Of a stretch of 64,000 nt of DNA, positions 30,211-39,250 are shown piece after piece. Where the stretch lies: the IMG/VR virus record IMGVR_UViG_3300017917_002349, positions 32,001 to 96,000 of that record, one strand, 5' to 3'. The translations under genes and the position numbers were made by a program. The notes under the pieces were generated by a model that was not told the DNA's origin, made no database searches, and was given only the letters and a program-made list of their open reading frames with translations. The DNA comes from a virus. The first letter of the stretch is position 1, and each line of letters starts with the position of its first letter.

Positions 30211-30723
30211 ATGAAAACTTTTAAAGAATACCTTGCCGAAAGTCAAAAAACCTACAGCTTCAAGATCAAAGTTGCTGGAGATTTGCCCGAGTCTTTTGTA
30301 GAAAATCTAAAAACCAGCTTAGATAGATGTAAAGTATCTAAACTAAGCAAGATAAATTCTACGCCGATACAGGCGCAACCTATGGATTTTCCGACTCTTA
30401 AAAACTGTGAAGTACATATGTTTGAGGTCGTATGTGAATATCCTATTACAGTGCCTGAAATTGCCAATGATATCAAATCTGTTGGTATAGATGAAACTTA
30501 TTTCAAGATCCGCAACAGCAATGAACCAGACCTAGAAGAAGTTGCAACAAAAGAAGACAATGTCAAACATAAAGACTATTTTGGAGACGATTTCAACAAG
30601 GGGTTTTTAAAAGACTTAGACAAGGCCGCCAAGCAAAGAAAAAAAGATGGTGTGCAGACAGAATACAAGCTGCCTAAGGCCAAACAAGATAAAGCAGGTG
30701 CAAAAAGCGCCTTAGGGAGTTAA
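30211..30723 (+). CDS. Putative prohead core / internal protein
   Basis: MKTFKEYLAE N-terminus resembles the T4 capsid-targeting sequence. Confidence 0.5.
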   Translation: MKTFKEYLAESQKTYSFKIKVAGDLPESFVENLKTSLDRCKVSKLSKINSTPIQAQPMDFPTLKNCEVHMFEVVCEYPITVPEIANDIKSVGIDETYFKIRNSNEPDLEEVATKEDNVKHKDYFGDDFNKGFLKDLDKAAKQRKKDGVQTEYKLPKAKQDKAGAKSALGS

Positions 30724-30727
30724 TTAA

Positions 30728-31360
30728 ATGGATTTTCAAAGATTATTAGCAAAGATGCAGCAGTTGGATCAACCTGTGGGAGAAGAATGCGGCATGCCTG
30801 CTCCGACTATGGGTCCTATGTCAAGCCAACCTCCGATGGATCAGCCGCCACCAGCTCACCCTAGCCTAAGTATTAATCTAAATGCTCAGGGAATGGACCA
30901 CATAGAACAAATTATGAAATTAGTGGCCAAGGTAAATCCAGATATGAACAAACCTGAATTACCACCTTTACCTTCGATGGGTGCAGAGCCCAGCATTATG
31001 AGTATTAAACCAGATACATCTCCTTTGAAAATGTTGCCAGGTCTTGATCAGGATGACAGCGAAGAATCAGATGATGATGATGACGGACCTATTGTTAAAA
31101 TCAGCGGTCCGGAAGATAATGAGGATGACGAAGATAAAGACGAAGCATATGGTAATTCTCCTATAGGCGGTGCGGAACCAGAAGTTAAAGACATCGATGC
31201 AGCCGTACCAAACGGTAATGATCTTAATAAACCAAAGAAGAGTTTCAGTGATAAACCATATAGGGGAGACAATCCTATGGCTGCTGAATCTACAGATCTT
31301 CGTTCTCAAATTCGCGCAGAATTAATGAGAAGATTAAATGAATCTAAGGGAGTGAAATAA
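30728..31360 (+). CDS. Acidic, Pro-rich hypothetical protein (scaffold-like)
   Basis: 210 aa, low complexity with Asp/Glu tracts. Confidence 0.5.
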   Translation: MDFQRLLAKMQQLDQPVGEECGMPAPTMGPMSSQPPMDQPPPAHPSLSINLNAQGMDHIEQIMKLVAKVNPDMNKPELPPLPSMGAEPSIMSIKPDTSPLKMLPGLDQDDSEESDDDDDGPIVKISGPEDNEDDEDKDEAYGNSPIGGAEPEVKDIDAAVPNGNDLNKPKKSFSDKPYRGDNPMAAESTDLRSQIRAELMRRLNESKGVK

Positions 31361-31716
31361 TGGGAGCCTTTACAAGAGTAAACGGCCTACGAAATACCGT
31401 AGGAACATTGTACATGGATAACTGCAATATGTTTGTGATTCAGGTACAAAATGCAGCTAACGCTAATAGAGACCTAAGAGCTGAGGATGATGCCATTGAC
31501 GAAGCGGTTGAATACATCGTTAAAGAATTAAATCCGTTGGCATTTTTTGTAGTAGATGCTAATACTGGATTGATATATGTTGTAATGGATAAAAATATCA
31601 ACAGTGCATCTGAGCTACAGGCACGTATCCGTGCTATGGGCACAGCAGTGGGTGTTAACAGTATCGATGTTACTGGTACCGATGTAACTCTTGCCACATC
31701 ATTGACTCTAGCATAA
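31360..31716 (+). CDS. Small virion structural protein (possible capsid decoration)
   Basis: 118 aa, GGGAG RBS, followed by a terminator. Confidence 0.45.
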   Translation: MGAFTRVNGLRNTVGTLYMDNCNMFVIQVQNAANANRDLRAEDDAIDEAVEYIVKELNPLAFFVVDANTGLIYVVMDKNINSASELQARIRAMGTAVGVNSIDVTGTDVTLATSLTLA

Positions 31717-31730
31717 TCAAATACGATATC

Positions 31731-31758
31731 AAATAGGGCCGTAAGGCCCTATTTTTTT
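31731..31758 (+). terminator. Intrinsic terminator
   Basis: AAATAGGGCC-GTAA-GGCCCTATTT followed by Ts. Confidence 0.85.
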
Positions 31759-31771
31759 CAGTAAATACAGT

Positions 31772-33358
31772 ATGGGAAAATCATTAGATGGCGTCTTAAT
31801 TAAAAAGGCGCATAAAAAAGATCGATATACACTGGAGGAGATAGAACATTTAGAAAAATGTTTAGATCCAGTGGAGGGCCCTCTTTACTTCTGTAAAAAC
31901 TTTCTAAAAATACAGCATCCTACACGTGGTGCTATAAAATTTGAACCCTACGAATATCAAGAAAGATTACTCAAAGCATATCACGATAATAAACAAACCA
32001 TAGCTATGTTGCCGCGTCAGATGGGTAAGACCACATGTGCAACTGGTTATCTTCTATGGTACACTATGTTTGTACCAGAAGCACAGGTTCTTATCGCTGC
32101 TCACAAATATGAAGGTGCGCAGGACATCATGAACCGCTATCGTTATGGTTATGAAAACCTGCCCGACTTTATACGTGCAGGAGTACATAGCTACAATAGA
32201 AACACTATTGAATACGACAATGGGGCTCGTATACAGGCAACCACAACCACAGAAAATACTGGTCGTGGTAAATCTCTTTCTTTAATCTATTGCGACGAGT
32301 TTGCATTCGTCCAACCCCCAGAAAAAGCCAAAGAGTTCTGGACTGCACTGTCACCAACACTATCAACAGGTGGTAAGTGTATTATCACATCAACACCAAA
32401 CTCAGACGAAGATCAATTCGCTATGATATGGACTGAGGCAAATAATAAGTTTGATGAATATGGCAACGAACAGACCGTGGGTGTAAATGGTTTCTTTCCG
32501 TATTTCGCACATTGGAACGAGCATCCGGATCGCGACGAAGAGTGGGCTAAAGTAGAAAGGGCTAAGATCGGTGACGAACGTTTCCGTAGAGAATTTGACT
32601 GTGAATTCTTGATCTTTGATGAAACTCTAATCAACGCAGTAAAACTAGCAGACTTAAAAGGTATAGATCCTATGATGACCATGGGACAAACACGTTGGTA
32701 TAAAGAAATTGATCCTCGCTGTACATATCTAGTGGCGCTGGATCCTAGTCTAGGTACAGGTGGTGATTATGGCGCTATACAGGTCTATGAAATGCCTAGC
32801 ATGGAACAGGTAGCAGAATGGCGCCATAATCTGACTCCTATACAAACGCAGACAAAACATCTAAGAGATATTTGTAACTATATCAAGACACAAGGAGAAG
32901 AAAAAGGCGGACATCCCCAGATTTATTATTCTGTAGAAAATAATACCGTGGGAGAAAGTGCTTTGATCTGTATCCAGAACCTGGGAGAAGAAAATATTCC
33001 AGGATTATTCTTATCGGAACCTATACGCAAAGGGCATGTGCGTAGATTCCGCAAAGGTTTTAATACCACACACAAGTCTAAGATTCTAGCCTGTAGCCAA
33101 CTAAAACATTTGCTTGAAACTAAAAAAATGGCTGTATACAGTAAACCGTTGGTATCCGAGCTTAAAACATACGTGGCCACTGGGGTAGGATTTAGAGCTA
33201 AAAAAGGCGAGCATGATGATCTTGTCTCGGCTACACTGTTGATCATGCGCATGGCTAACATACTCAGCGACTGGGATCCTAAGATCTACGAAAAAATGAC
33301 GGATAAATTAACTGAAGATCAACTGCCTATGCCTATATTCGTCAGCAGCGGTTTTTGA
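31772..33358 (+). CDS. terL: Terminase large subunit (gp17-like)
   Basis: YQE adenine motif, PRQMGKTT Walker A, LIYCDEFAF Walker B, STPN, ALDPSLGTGGD and HDDLV nuclease motifs. Confidence 0.95.
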   Translation: MGKSLDGVLIKKAHKKDRYTLEEIEHLEKCLDPVEGPLYFCKNFLKIQHPTRGAIKFEPYEYQERLLKAYHDNKQTIAMLPRQMGKTTCATGYLLWYTMFVPEAQVLIAAHKYEGAQDIMNRYRYGYENLPDFIRAGVHSYNRNTIEYDNGARIQATTTTENTGRGKSLSLIYCDEFAFVQPPEKAKEFWTALSPTLSTGGKCIITSTPNSDEDQFAMIWTEANNKFDEYGNEQTVGVNGFFPYFAHWNEHPDRDEEWAKVERAKIGDERFRREFDCEFLIFDETLINAVKLADLKGIDPMMTMGQTRWYKEIDPRCTYLVALDPSLGTGGDYGAIQVYEMPSMEQVAEWRHNLTPIQTQTKHLRDICNYIKTQGEEKGGHPQIYYSVENNTVGESALICIQNLGEENIPGLFLSEPIRKGHVRRFRKGFNTTHKSKILACSQLKHLLETKKMAVYSKPLVSELKTYVATGVGFRAKKGEHDDLVSATLLIMRMANILSDWDPKIYEKMTDKLTEDQLPMPIFVSSGF

Positions 33359-33370
33359 ATAAATATACTT

Positions 33371-35242
33371 ATGGACGCAACAAACAATATTGCCACAGAT
33401 TTATTTTATAAAGTAAGAAGCAGATTTCAGGGCCTTAAATTAGGCGACGAAATGGGCCAAATTACTATTAACCCCGAACAGGCAAGATTTTTTGATTTCG
33501 ATTACATGGAAGGTGAAACTCCCATAGGACATGTCAGCATCAGCCTTGCTGAACCTAATTCTATGAAAGTTTATTTCAGTTCAGGAATAACAGAATCCAT
33601 GGACGGCAATCAAAAGACTAATTGGTACGGATTCTTAAAAGAACTTCGTGTGTTTGCCAAAAGACGACTAATGGCGTTCGATACCAGAGATATCGCCAAA
33701 GATAATTTAGATAAGAGAGATTACGCTTTTTTGAGTCAACATAATCAACCTCAAAAACCACAGGCTAATACTCTAGTGAAACCAGTTGGAGAAAATACAA
33801 TGAACGTCAGTGAAAGTATGATGTACGGTAGCAGCACTATGAGCTATCAAAAATTAATGGATACAAGATTGATTATCAAACACAACAAGGCCCTTACAGA
33901 CGATAGCCAGCCTGGTGCAAGAACTAGAAATATTTCAGCATTGTTTGTCGAAAATCAAGACGGAGAAAGATTTAAGTATCCGTTTATACATCTTGCAGGT
34001 GCTCGTGCTATGCAACGACACGTTGCCAACGGCGGTGTACCCTATGATGAAATTGGCAAAAGTATAGTAAGGATGAGCGAAGAAATCGCTGCTTTAAAAA
34101 GTTTTGGTAATTATGTAGTTCGTAATGATCTAATGAATACTGACAATAATAATATTGTTGAAAGAAGTTCACATTACCTTGATAGTCTAAGAGAACAAAT
34201 CAAAGCATTAGCAAAACAAGGTCACTATGAAGCATACAAAGAAAATTTTCAGGCACAAGAACAAGTAGAAGTTCCTGACGAAGTAATTAATCAATATACA
34301 GAACAATTTACTGTAAAGAATTTCAAAGAAGATATTAAATCAGTTTTTCCGGTATTGTTCCGCCTGATGCAGGAAGAAAATACCTTAGGCTATGACGACA
34401 TAGTCGCAATGACAACCAACGAAAATATTAATGATGAAATAGAGATAGATGAATCCGATGATCCGTTTGAAAAATTCGAATCATGGATAATGAATCTAGG
34501 AGAGGAATCGGCGATCACAAGCCAAGACAGCGAAGAACAAGCACAGGCAGTGAAAGAATTACAAGAATTAGTAGGACAGCATTTTCCTGCAGGTGTAGAT
34601 GGCACTAATGCCATTCAAAGTCTAAAGGGTATAATCGATGATCCTAAATTATTCAAACAAATTAAAGAAATCAGTAAAGAAGATCCCGACAGTTGTGTTA
34701 GAGGCCTTGTTAAAGATTGGTTAGAACAAAATGCTCCAGAGACATTGGAACAACTAGACTTTGGCGATTATACTGAAGAACCAGAAACAGAATACAACGA
34801 CGCCACCGATTCTTATCCAGGAGAACCTAACGGTCCTGCAGAAGAGGCCAGCGATCCTAATCATCCTGAATATGACAAGGCCGACGACTACGATCTATCA
34901 CCGGCCCAGAGAGGCAAAGGCACTGACAAATATCGTTTACCGGATACAAAGAAACACGATGATCGACATAAACGAGATTTTCAAAAACGTGCAGGCACTT
35001 ATAAAGGTGAAGGCAGTGAACAATTAAATGTACAAGAACTCGCAGAATTTATCACTTCATTCTATGACAGAGATTCTGGAACATTTCCAAAAGGCCCAGA
35101 AGGTGTAGCATTGATGGTAGGCAAGAAATTTGGTGAACAGGCAGAGTCGGTAGCTCGTAAATTTGTCGAAAGAATGGCTCCGCAGCAAACCACAGAGCAT
35201 AATCCTGAATTGGCACGTATTAAAGAACTAGCAAGAATTTAA
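33371..35242 (+). CDS. Conserved-looking late acidic protein (possible head core protein)
   Basis: 623 aa; TAAATA 5 nt upstream; ends ELARIKELARI. Confidence 0.6.
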   Translation: MDATNNIATDLFYKVRSRFQGLKLGDEMGQITINPEQARFFDFDYMEGETPIGHVSISLAEPNSMKVYFSSGITESMDGNQKTNWYGFLKELRVFAKRRLMAFDTRDIAKDNLDKRDYAFLSQHNQPQKPQANTLVKPVGENTMNVSESMMYGSSTMSYQKLMDTRLIIKHNKALTDDSQPGARTRNISALFVENQDGERFKYPFIHLAGARAMQRHVANGGVPYDEIGKSIVRMSEEIAALKSFGNYVVRNDLMNTDNNNIVERSSHYLDSLREQIKALAKQGHYEAYKENFQAQEQVEVPDEVINQYTEQFTVKNFKEDIKSVFPVLFRLMQEENTLGYDDIVAMTTNENINDEIEIDESDDPFEKFESWIMNLGEESAITSQDSEEQAQAVKELQELVGQHFPAGVDGTNAIQSLKGIIDDPKLFKQIKEISKEDPDSCVRGLVKDWLEQNAPETLEQLDFGDYTEEPETEYNDATDSYPGEPNGPAEEASDPNHPEYDKADDYDLSPAQRGKGTDKYRLPDTKKHDDRHKRDFQKRAGTYKGEGSEQLNVQELAEFITSFYDRDSGTFPKGPEGVALMVGKKFGEQAESVARKFVERMAPQQTTEHNPELARIKELARI

Positions 35243-35264
35243 TATCATATGTAGCAGATAGATT

Positions 35265-35289
35265 GGGCACTTCGGTGCCCTTTCTTTTG
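35265..35289 (+). terminator. Intrinsic terminator with C(UUCG)G tetraloop
   Basis: GGGCAC-TTCG-GTGCCC-TTTCTTTT. Confidence 0.88.
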
Positions 35290-35300
35290 GATAAAAATGT

Positions 35301-35354
35301 GTTACACAAATTTACAATAAATGTCAACGAAAAATCTCTCTGTGGCGTTATAAT
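35301..35354 (+). promoter_or_regulatory. Possible OmpR/CpxR-type box plus ECF- or sigma70-like promoter
   Basis: GTTAC-N5-TTTAC (35301-35315); TCAAC-17 nt-CGTT overlapping TATAAT (35349). Confidence 0.35.
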
Positions 35355-35384
35355 AGTAAGTAGTTAGACAACAGGAGAACATTT

Positions 35385-35687
35385 ATGAAAAAACTCGTTT
35401 CCGTTACATTAGCTGTATTAATGATGTCAGCTACCGCAAGTCAAGCCAATCCAAATCATCATCATCACGGTCACGGTCACTATGGTTGGGTGGCACCTTT
35501 GGTATTGGGGGGTGTAGCAGGATATGTTATAGCCAACAGACCACAACCACAACCACCCACAGTTATCGTACAACAACCACCAAATCCTACATCTGTTCCG
35601 TTTCCAGTCCCACCGTACGGATATAGATATGAACAAATTCTCGATGCCTATTGTAATTGTTATCGATGGGTATTGGTATCAAACTAA
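35385..35687 (+). CDS. Small exported His/Pro-rich protein
   Basis: Signal peptide MKKLVSVTLAVLMMSATASQA, His tract, LVLGGVAGYVIA Gly-zipper-like helix, CNC near the end; AGGAG RBS. Confidence 0.7.
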   Translation: MKKLVSVTLAVLMMSATASQANPNHHHHGHGHYGWVAPLVLGGVAGYVIANRPQPQPPTVIVQQPPNPTSVPFPVPPYGYRYEQILDAYCNCYRWVLVSN

Positions 35688-35728
35688 TTGTAGTAAATTA
35701 GTACTTCATAAACTTTAAGGAGATTAAT

Positions 35729-35929
35729 ATGAAGAAAGTAGCTCTAGTAATCGCATCATTATTTGCAGTCACAGCTTTTGCAGCTGAGCCAGCAAAGAAA
35801 GAAGAAAAGAAAGCAGAAGCCAAGCCGGCCGCAGCAGCACCAGCAGCACCAGCATCAGCAGCCAAACCCGCTGAAAAGAAAGCTGAGCCTGCCAAAAGCG
35901 ACAAAAAGGCAGAGCCTGCTAAGAAGTAA
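35729..35929 (+). CDS. Small exported Ala/Lys/Pro-rich protein
   Basis: Signal peptide ending AFA, AEPAK(K) repeats, AAGGAG RBS. Confidence 0.75.
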   Translation: MKKVALVIASLFAVTAFAAEPAKKEEKKAEAKPAAAAPAAPASAAKPAEKKAEPAKSDKKAEPAKK

Positions 35930-36110
35930 TCCTCATAGGGTCTATGTTCTAACAGCCGATGAATCAGAAGTCGAGCTAGCATTTGATGATGCTGTTCACC
36001 GAAGTTACAGACGCCCAAGAATAGAAGAACCCGACGAAGATGACGATCTTCCAGAATATATTAAATGGAGATTGTTTTTAGCAAGACAGTTAGCATTGCT
36101 GAAGTATAAG

Positions 36111-36139
36111 GAAAAGCGGGCATGACCCGCTTTTCTTTT
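36111..36139 (+). terminator. Intrinsic terminator
   Basis: GAAAAGCGGG-CATGA-CCCGCTTTTC-TTTT. Confidence 0.8.
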
Positions 36140-36162
36140 GGCAAAAAATATTTAGAAAATCA

Positions 36163-36191
36163 TTGACCTTGCTAAATAAAATACGCATAAT
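36163..36191 (+). promoter_or_regulatory. Sigma70-like promoter with a nested TAAATA, upstream of the SSB gene
   Basis: TTGACC-17 nt-CATAAT; TAAATA at 36173. Confidence 0.6.
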
Positions 36192-36245
36192 ATACATATG
36201 CGCAAGGCATACATTTTAAGGCAAAATATAGGAGGCTAGATTAAA

Positions 36246-37223
36246 ATGGCAACATTAGCAGAAATCCGTGCGAAACTTCAAGAAGCACAAAACAAGTCTA
36301 CAGGAAACTCCACCGGCGGTGGCGACAACGCAATTTACCCACATTGGAACATGCAAGAAGGCAAAGAGGCCGTGGTACGGTTCTTACCTGATGGCAATCC
36401 TAACAACACATTCTTTTGGGTAGAACGTGCGATGATTAAATTGCCGTTCGCAGGCGTAAAAGGTGAAACAGATTCACGTCAAGTACAGGTGCAGGTGCCC
36501 TGCGTTGAAATGTACAACGATGGATCAGTATGTCCAATCCTTAGCGAAGTACGTGGTTGGTTCAAAGACAAGAGCCTAGAAGAAATGGGTCGTAAGTATT
36601 GGAAGAAGCGTTCATACATCTTCCAAGGATTTATTGTCGAAGATCCACTAAAGGAAGATACAACACCAGAAAATCCAATCCGTAGATTTATCATCGGTCC
36701 TCAGATCTATCAAATCATCCGTTCTGCTCTAATGGATCCTGAGTTGGAAGAACTGCCAACTGACTATCTTAGAGGCGTTGATTTCCGCATCGCAAAAACC
36801 AGTAAAGGCGGATTTGCAGACTATTCTACTAGTAAGTGGAGTCGCAGAGAACGTGCATTGACTGATATTGAAAAAGCAGCCATTGAGACTCATAACCTAT
36901 TCGACCTATCAGCATTCTTACCAAAGAAGCCAACTGATGTTGAACTTAAGGTCATGAAAGAAATGTTTGAAGCATCTGTAGACGGCGAAGCCTATGACAT
37001 GGAACGTTGGGGTCAGTATTTCAAGCCAGCAGGTATGAGTGCTGCCACAGGTGATCCAGTGGCTAAAACATCTGCTCGTTCTGCTCCGGTAGACGAAGAC
37101 CAAGACGACGAACCAGCTAGTGCTCCGGCGCCAACGCCAACAGCGGCACCAGCGGCATCTAATGAAAGCGCATCACGTGCTCAAGATATATTGGCAATGA
37201 TTCGCAATCGTCAAAAACAATAA
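36246..37223 (+). CDS. Single-stranded DNA-binding protein (T4 gp32-like)
   Basis: VVRFLP, C...CP Zn ligands, YWKKRSY, DFRIAKTSKGGFADYSTS, acidic tail; GGAGG RBS. Confidence 0.88.
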   Translation: MATLAEIRAKLQEAQNKSTGNSTGGGDNAIYPHWNMQEGKEAVVRFLPDGNPNNTFFWVERAMIKLPFAGVKGETDSRQVQVQVPCVEMYNDGSVCPILSEVRGWFKDKSLEEMGRKYWKKRSYIFQGFIVEDPLKEDTTPENPIRRFIIGPQIYQIIRSALMDPELEELPTDYLRGVDFRIAKTSKGGFADYSTSKWSRRERALTDIEKAAIETHNLFDLSAFLPKKPTDVELKVMKEMFEASVDGEAYDMERWGQYFKPAGMSAATGDPVAKTSARSAPVDEDQDDEPASAPAPTPTAAPAASNESASRAQDILAMIRNRQKQ

Positions 37224-37289
37224 ACACGGCTCGGGCCTCTGTGATCTAGTCACACGCCCAAGTTCTCACACCTATTAGGAGAATATAAA

Positions 37290-37481
37290 ATGGCAAAATT
37301 AAACAAACTGGCAAAAGTAAATGAAAGTATCACTATCAATCGTTATGACAATGCATGGATGGTTGAGATCGGTGGCCGCGACAAAAAAGAAGAATGGAAG
37401 ACCGCCAAGACTGTGTGTAATACAGAACAAGAACTCATTGAATTAATCAAAGAGTACAACACTATGGACTTAGACAACTAA
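37290..37481 (+). CDS. Small hypothetical protein
   Basis: 63 aa with AGGAG RBS, directly before uvsX. Confidence 0.65.
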   Translation: MAKLNKLAKVNESITINRYDNAWMVEIGGRDKKEEWKTAKTVCNTEQELIELIKEYNTMDLDN

Positions 37482-37482
37482 T

Positions 37483-38562
37483 ATGGCAAAAGCATTCGAT
37501 GTAAGTAAATTTAGAAAAAGCCTTACTAAAAATATCGAAGGTCTTAGTATTGGTTTTAATGATCCCACAGATTGGGTCAGCACAGGTAACTATGCTCTCA
37601 ATTATCTAATCAGTGGTGATTTTCATAGGGGAGTCCCTCTAGGTAAAGTTACTGTGTTTGCTGGCGAGAGTGGTGCAGGAAAATCATTTATCTGTTCAGG
37701 CAACCTAGTTCGACATGCACAACAACAAGGAATTTTTGTTGTGCTGATTGACTCAGAAAATGCCTTAGATGAAAAATGGCTGCATGCTCTTAATGTCGAT
37801 ACTTCGGAAGATAAATTGCTTAAGTTGAACATGGCAATGATTGACGATGTGGCCAAAACCATAAATGAGTTCATGGCAGAATACAAAGGCATGCCGGAAG
37901 AAGATCGTCCTAAGGTGCTGTTTGTTATTGATTCTTTGGGAATGTTGTTGACTCCCACAGATGTCAATCAGTTCGAAGCAGGTGATTTGAAAGGTGACAT
38001 GGGTCGTAAGCCCAAGGCCTTAACAGCATTGGTTCGTAACTGTGTTAACATGTTTGGTAGTGCAAATGTTGGATTGGTGGCAACTAATCATACCTATGCC
38101 AGTCAAGACATGTTTGACCCCGATGATAAAATCTCAGGCGGACAAGGATTTATCTATGCGTCTAGTATTGTTGTTGCTATGAAAAAACTCAAGCTCAAAG
38201 AAGATGAGGATGGCAACAAAATCTCAGAAGTCAAAGGTATTCGCGCTGCCTGTAAGATTATGAAAACACGATATGCAAAACCTTTTGAAAGTGTACAGGT
38301 AAAGATTCCTTACGAAACAGGTATGAATCCATATAGCGGGTTAACAGACTTAGCAGAAGCAAAAAATCTTCTTAAGAAAGATGGTAACAGATTATCTTAC
38401 GTCAGCAAAGACGGCGAGATATTAAAATTATATAGAAAAGAGTGGGAAAGAAACGAAGGCGGGTGTCTTGATATTGTTATGGCTGACTTTTCAAAAGTCG
38501 GTGAAAATTCTTCAACAGAGATAACTAATACTGTTACACCAACCTTGGAGACCGCTGAATGA
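37483..38562 (+). CDS. uvsX: RecA/UvsX recombinase
   Basis: STGNYALNYLISG, AGESGAGKS, IDSENA, VIDSLG and SGGQGFIYASS motifs. Confidence 0.93.
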   Translation: MAKAFDVSKFRKSLTKNIEGLSIGFNDPTDWVSTGNYALNYLISGDFHRGVPLGKVTVFAGESGAGKSFICSGNLVRHAQQQGIFVVLIDSENALDEKWLHALNVDTSEDKLLKLNMAMIDDVAKTINEFMAEYKGMPEEDRPKVLFVIDSLGMLLTPTDVNQFEAGDLKGDMGRKPKALTALVRNCVNMFGSANVGLVATNHTYASQDMFDPDDKISGGQGFIYASSIVVAMKKLKLKEDEDGNKISEVKGIRAACKIMKTRYAKPFESVQVKIPYETGMNPYSGLTDLAEAKNLLKKDGNRLSYVSKDGEILKLYRKEWERNEGGCLDIVMADFSKVGENSSTEITNTVTPTLETAE

Positions 38563-38795
38563 AGGAAGATTTAATTGCAGATCTCTGGAGCGTGATGATT
38601 GAACACATTCCAGAAAAATATCGTAAAGATGTTGCTGCCGATTATGTTAACACATTGCTAGATCATGGCATAAAAACTTCTATACTAGAAGGATTACAAG
38701 GCATCGATCCTTATCTAGATGATGCTCTTGACTATGCCATGGATGGTGATGATCCATCGGATGACGACGAAGATTATTACGAAGACGAGGATTAA
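38559..38795 (+). CDS. Small acidic hypothetical protein
   Basis: 78 aa, coupled between uvsX and uvsY. Confidence 0.65.
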   Translation: MKEDLIADLWSVMIEHIPEKYRKDVAADYVNTLLDHGIKTSILEGLQGIDPYLDDALDYAMDGDDPSDDDEDYYEDED

Positions 38796-39250
38796 TGAAC
38801 TGGTACGATCGAGTTTCAAAAGATATTTCAAATATACCAGATGCTGTGGCATTCTATGAGGCTGAATTATTAGCAGCGAAGAATGATGCTCGCATAGCGG
38901 GAAACATTGAAAGAGCCTCTGCTGCGATGCCTGGCATTGTTGAAAATAGATTTAATCAACTTCAAGAAATTGAAGCTATACTTGAATATCTAAACATTGA
39001 GCTCCGTCGACTTCGTAGCCAACATTTTCGTAAGTATCTCGAAAACTATCAACGTGCTTTGTCCTCTAGAGATTGTGAAAAGTTTGTAGAGGGCGAAGCA
39101 GACGTTGTTGATTTTGAAAAAATTATCAATGATTTTGCCTTGCTTAGAAATAAATGGTTAGGCATTATCAAAGCCTTGGATATTAAACAATGGCAGTTGA
39201 GTAATATTGTAAAACTTAGAACTGCCGGATTAGAAGATGCTACTCTATGA
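38795..39250 (+). CDS. uvsY: Recombination mediator UvsY-like
   Basis: Helical 151-aa protein ending IKALDIKQWQLSNIVKLRTAG, like UvsY; next to uvsX. Confidence 0.75.
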   Translation: MNWYDRVSKDISNIPDAVAFYEAELLAAKNDARIAGNIERASAAMPGIVENRFNQLQEIEAILEYLNIELRRLRSQHFRKYLENYQRALSSRDCEKFVEGEADVVDFEKIINDFALLRNKWLGIIKALDIKQWQLSNIVKLRTAGLEDATL

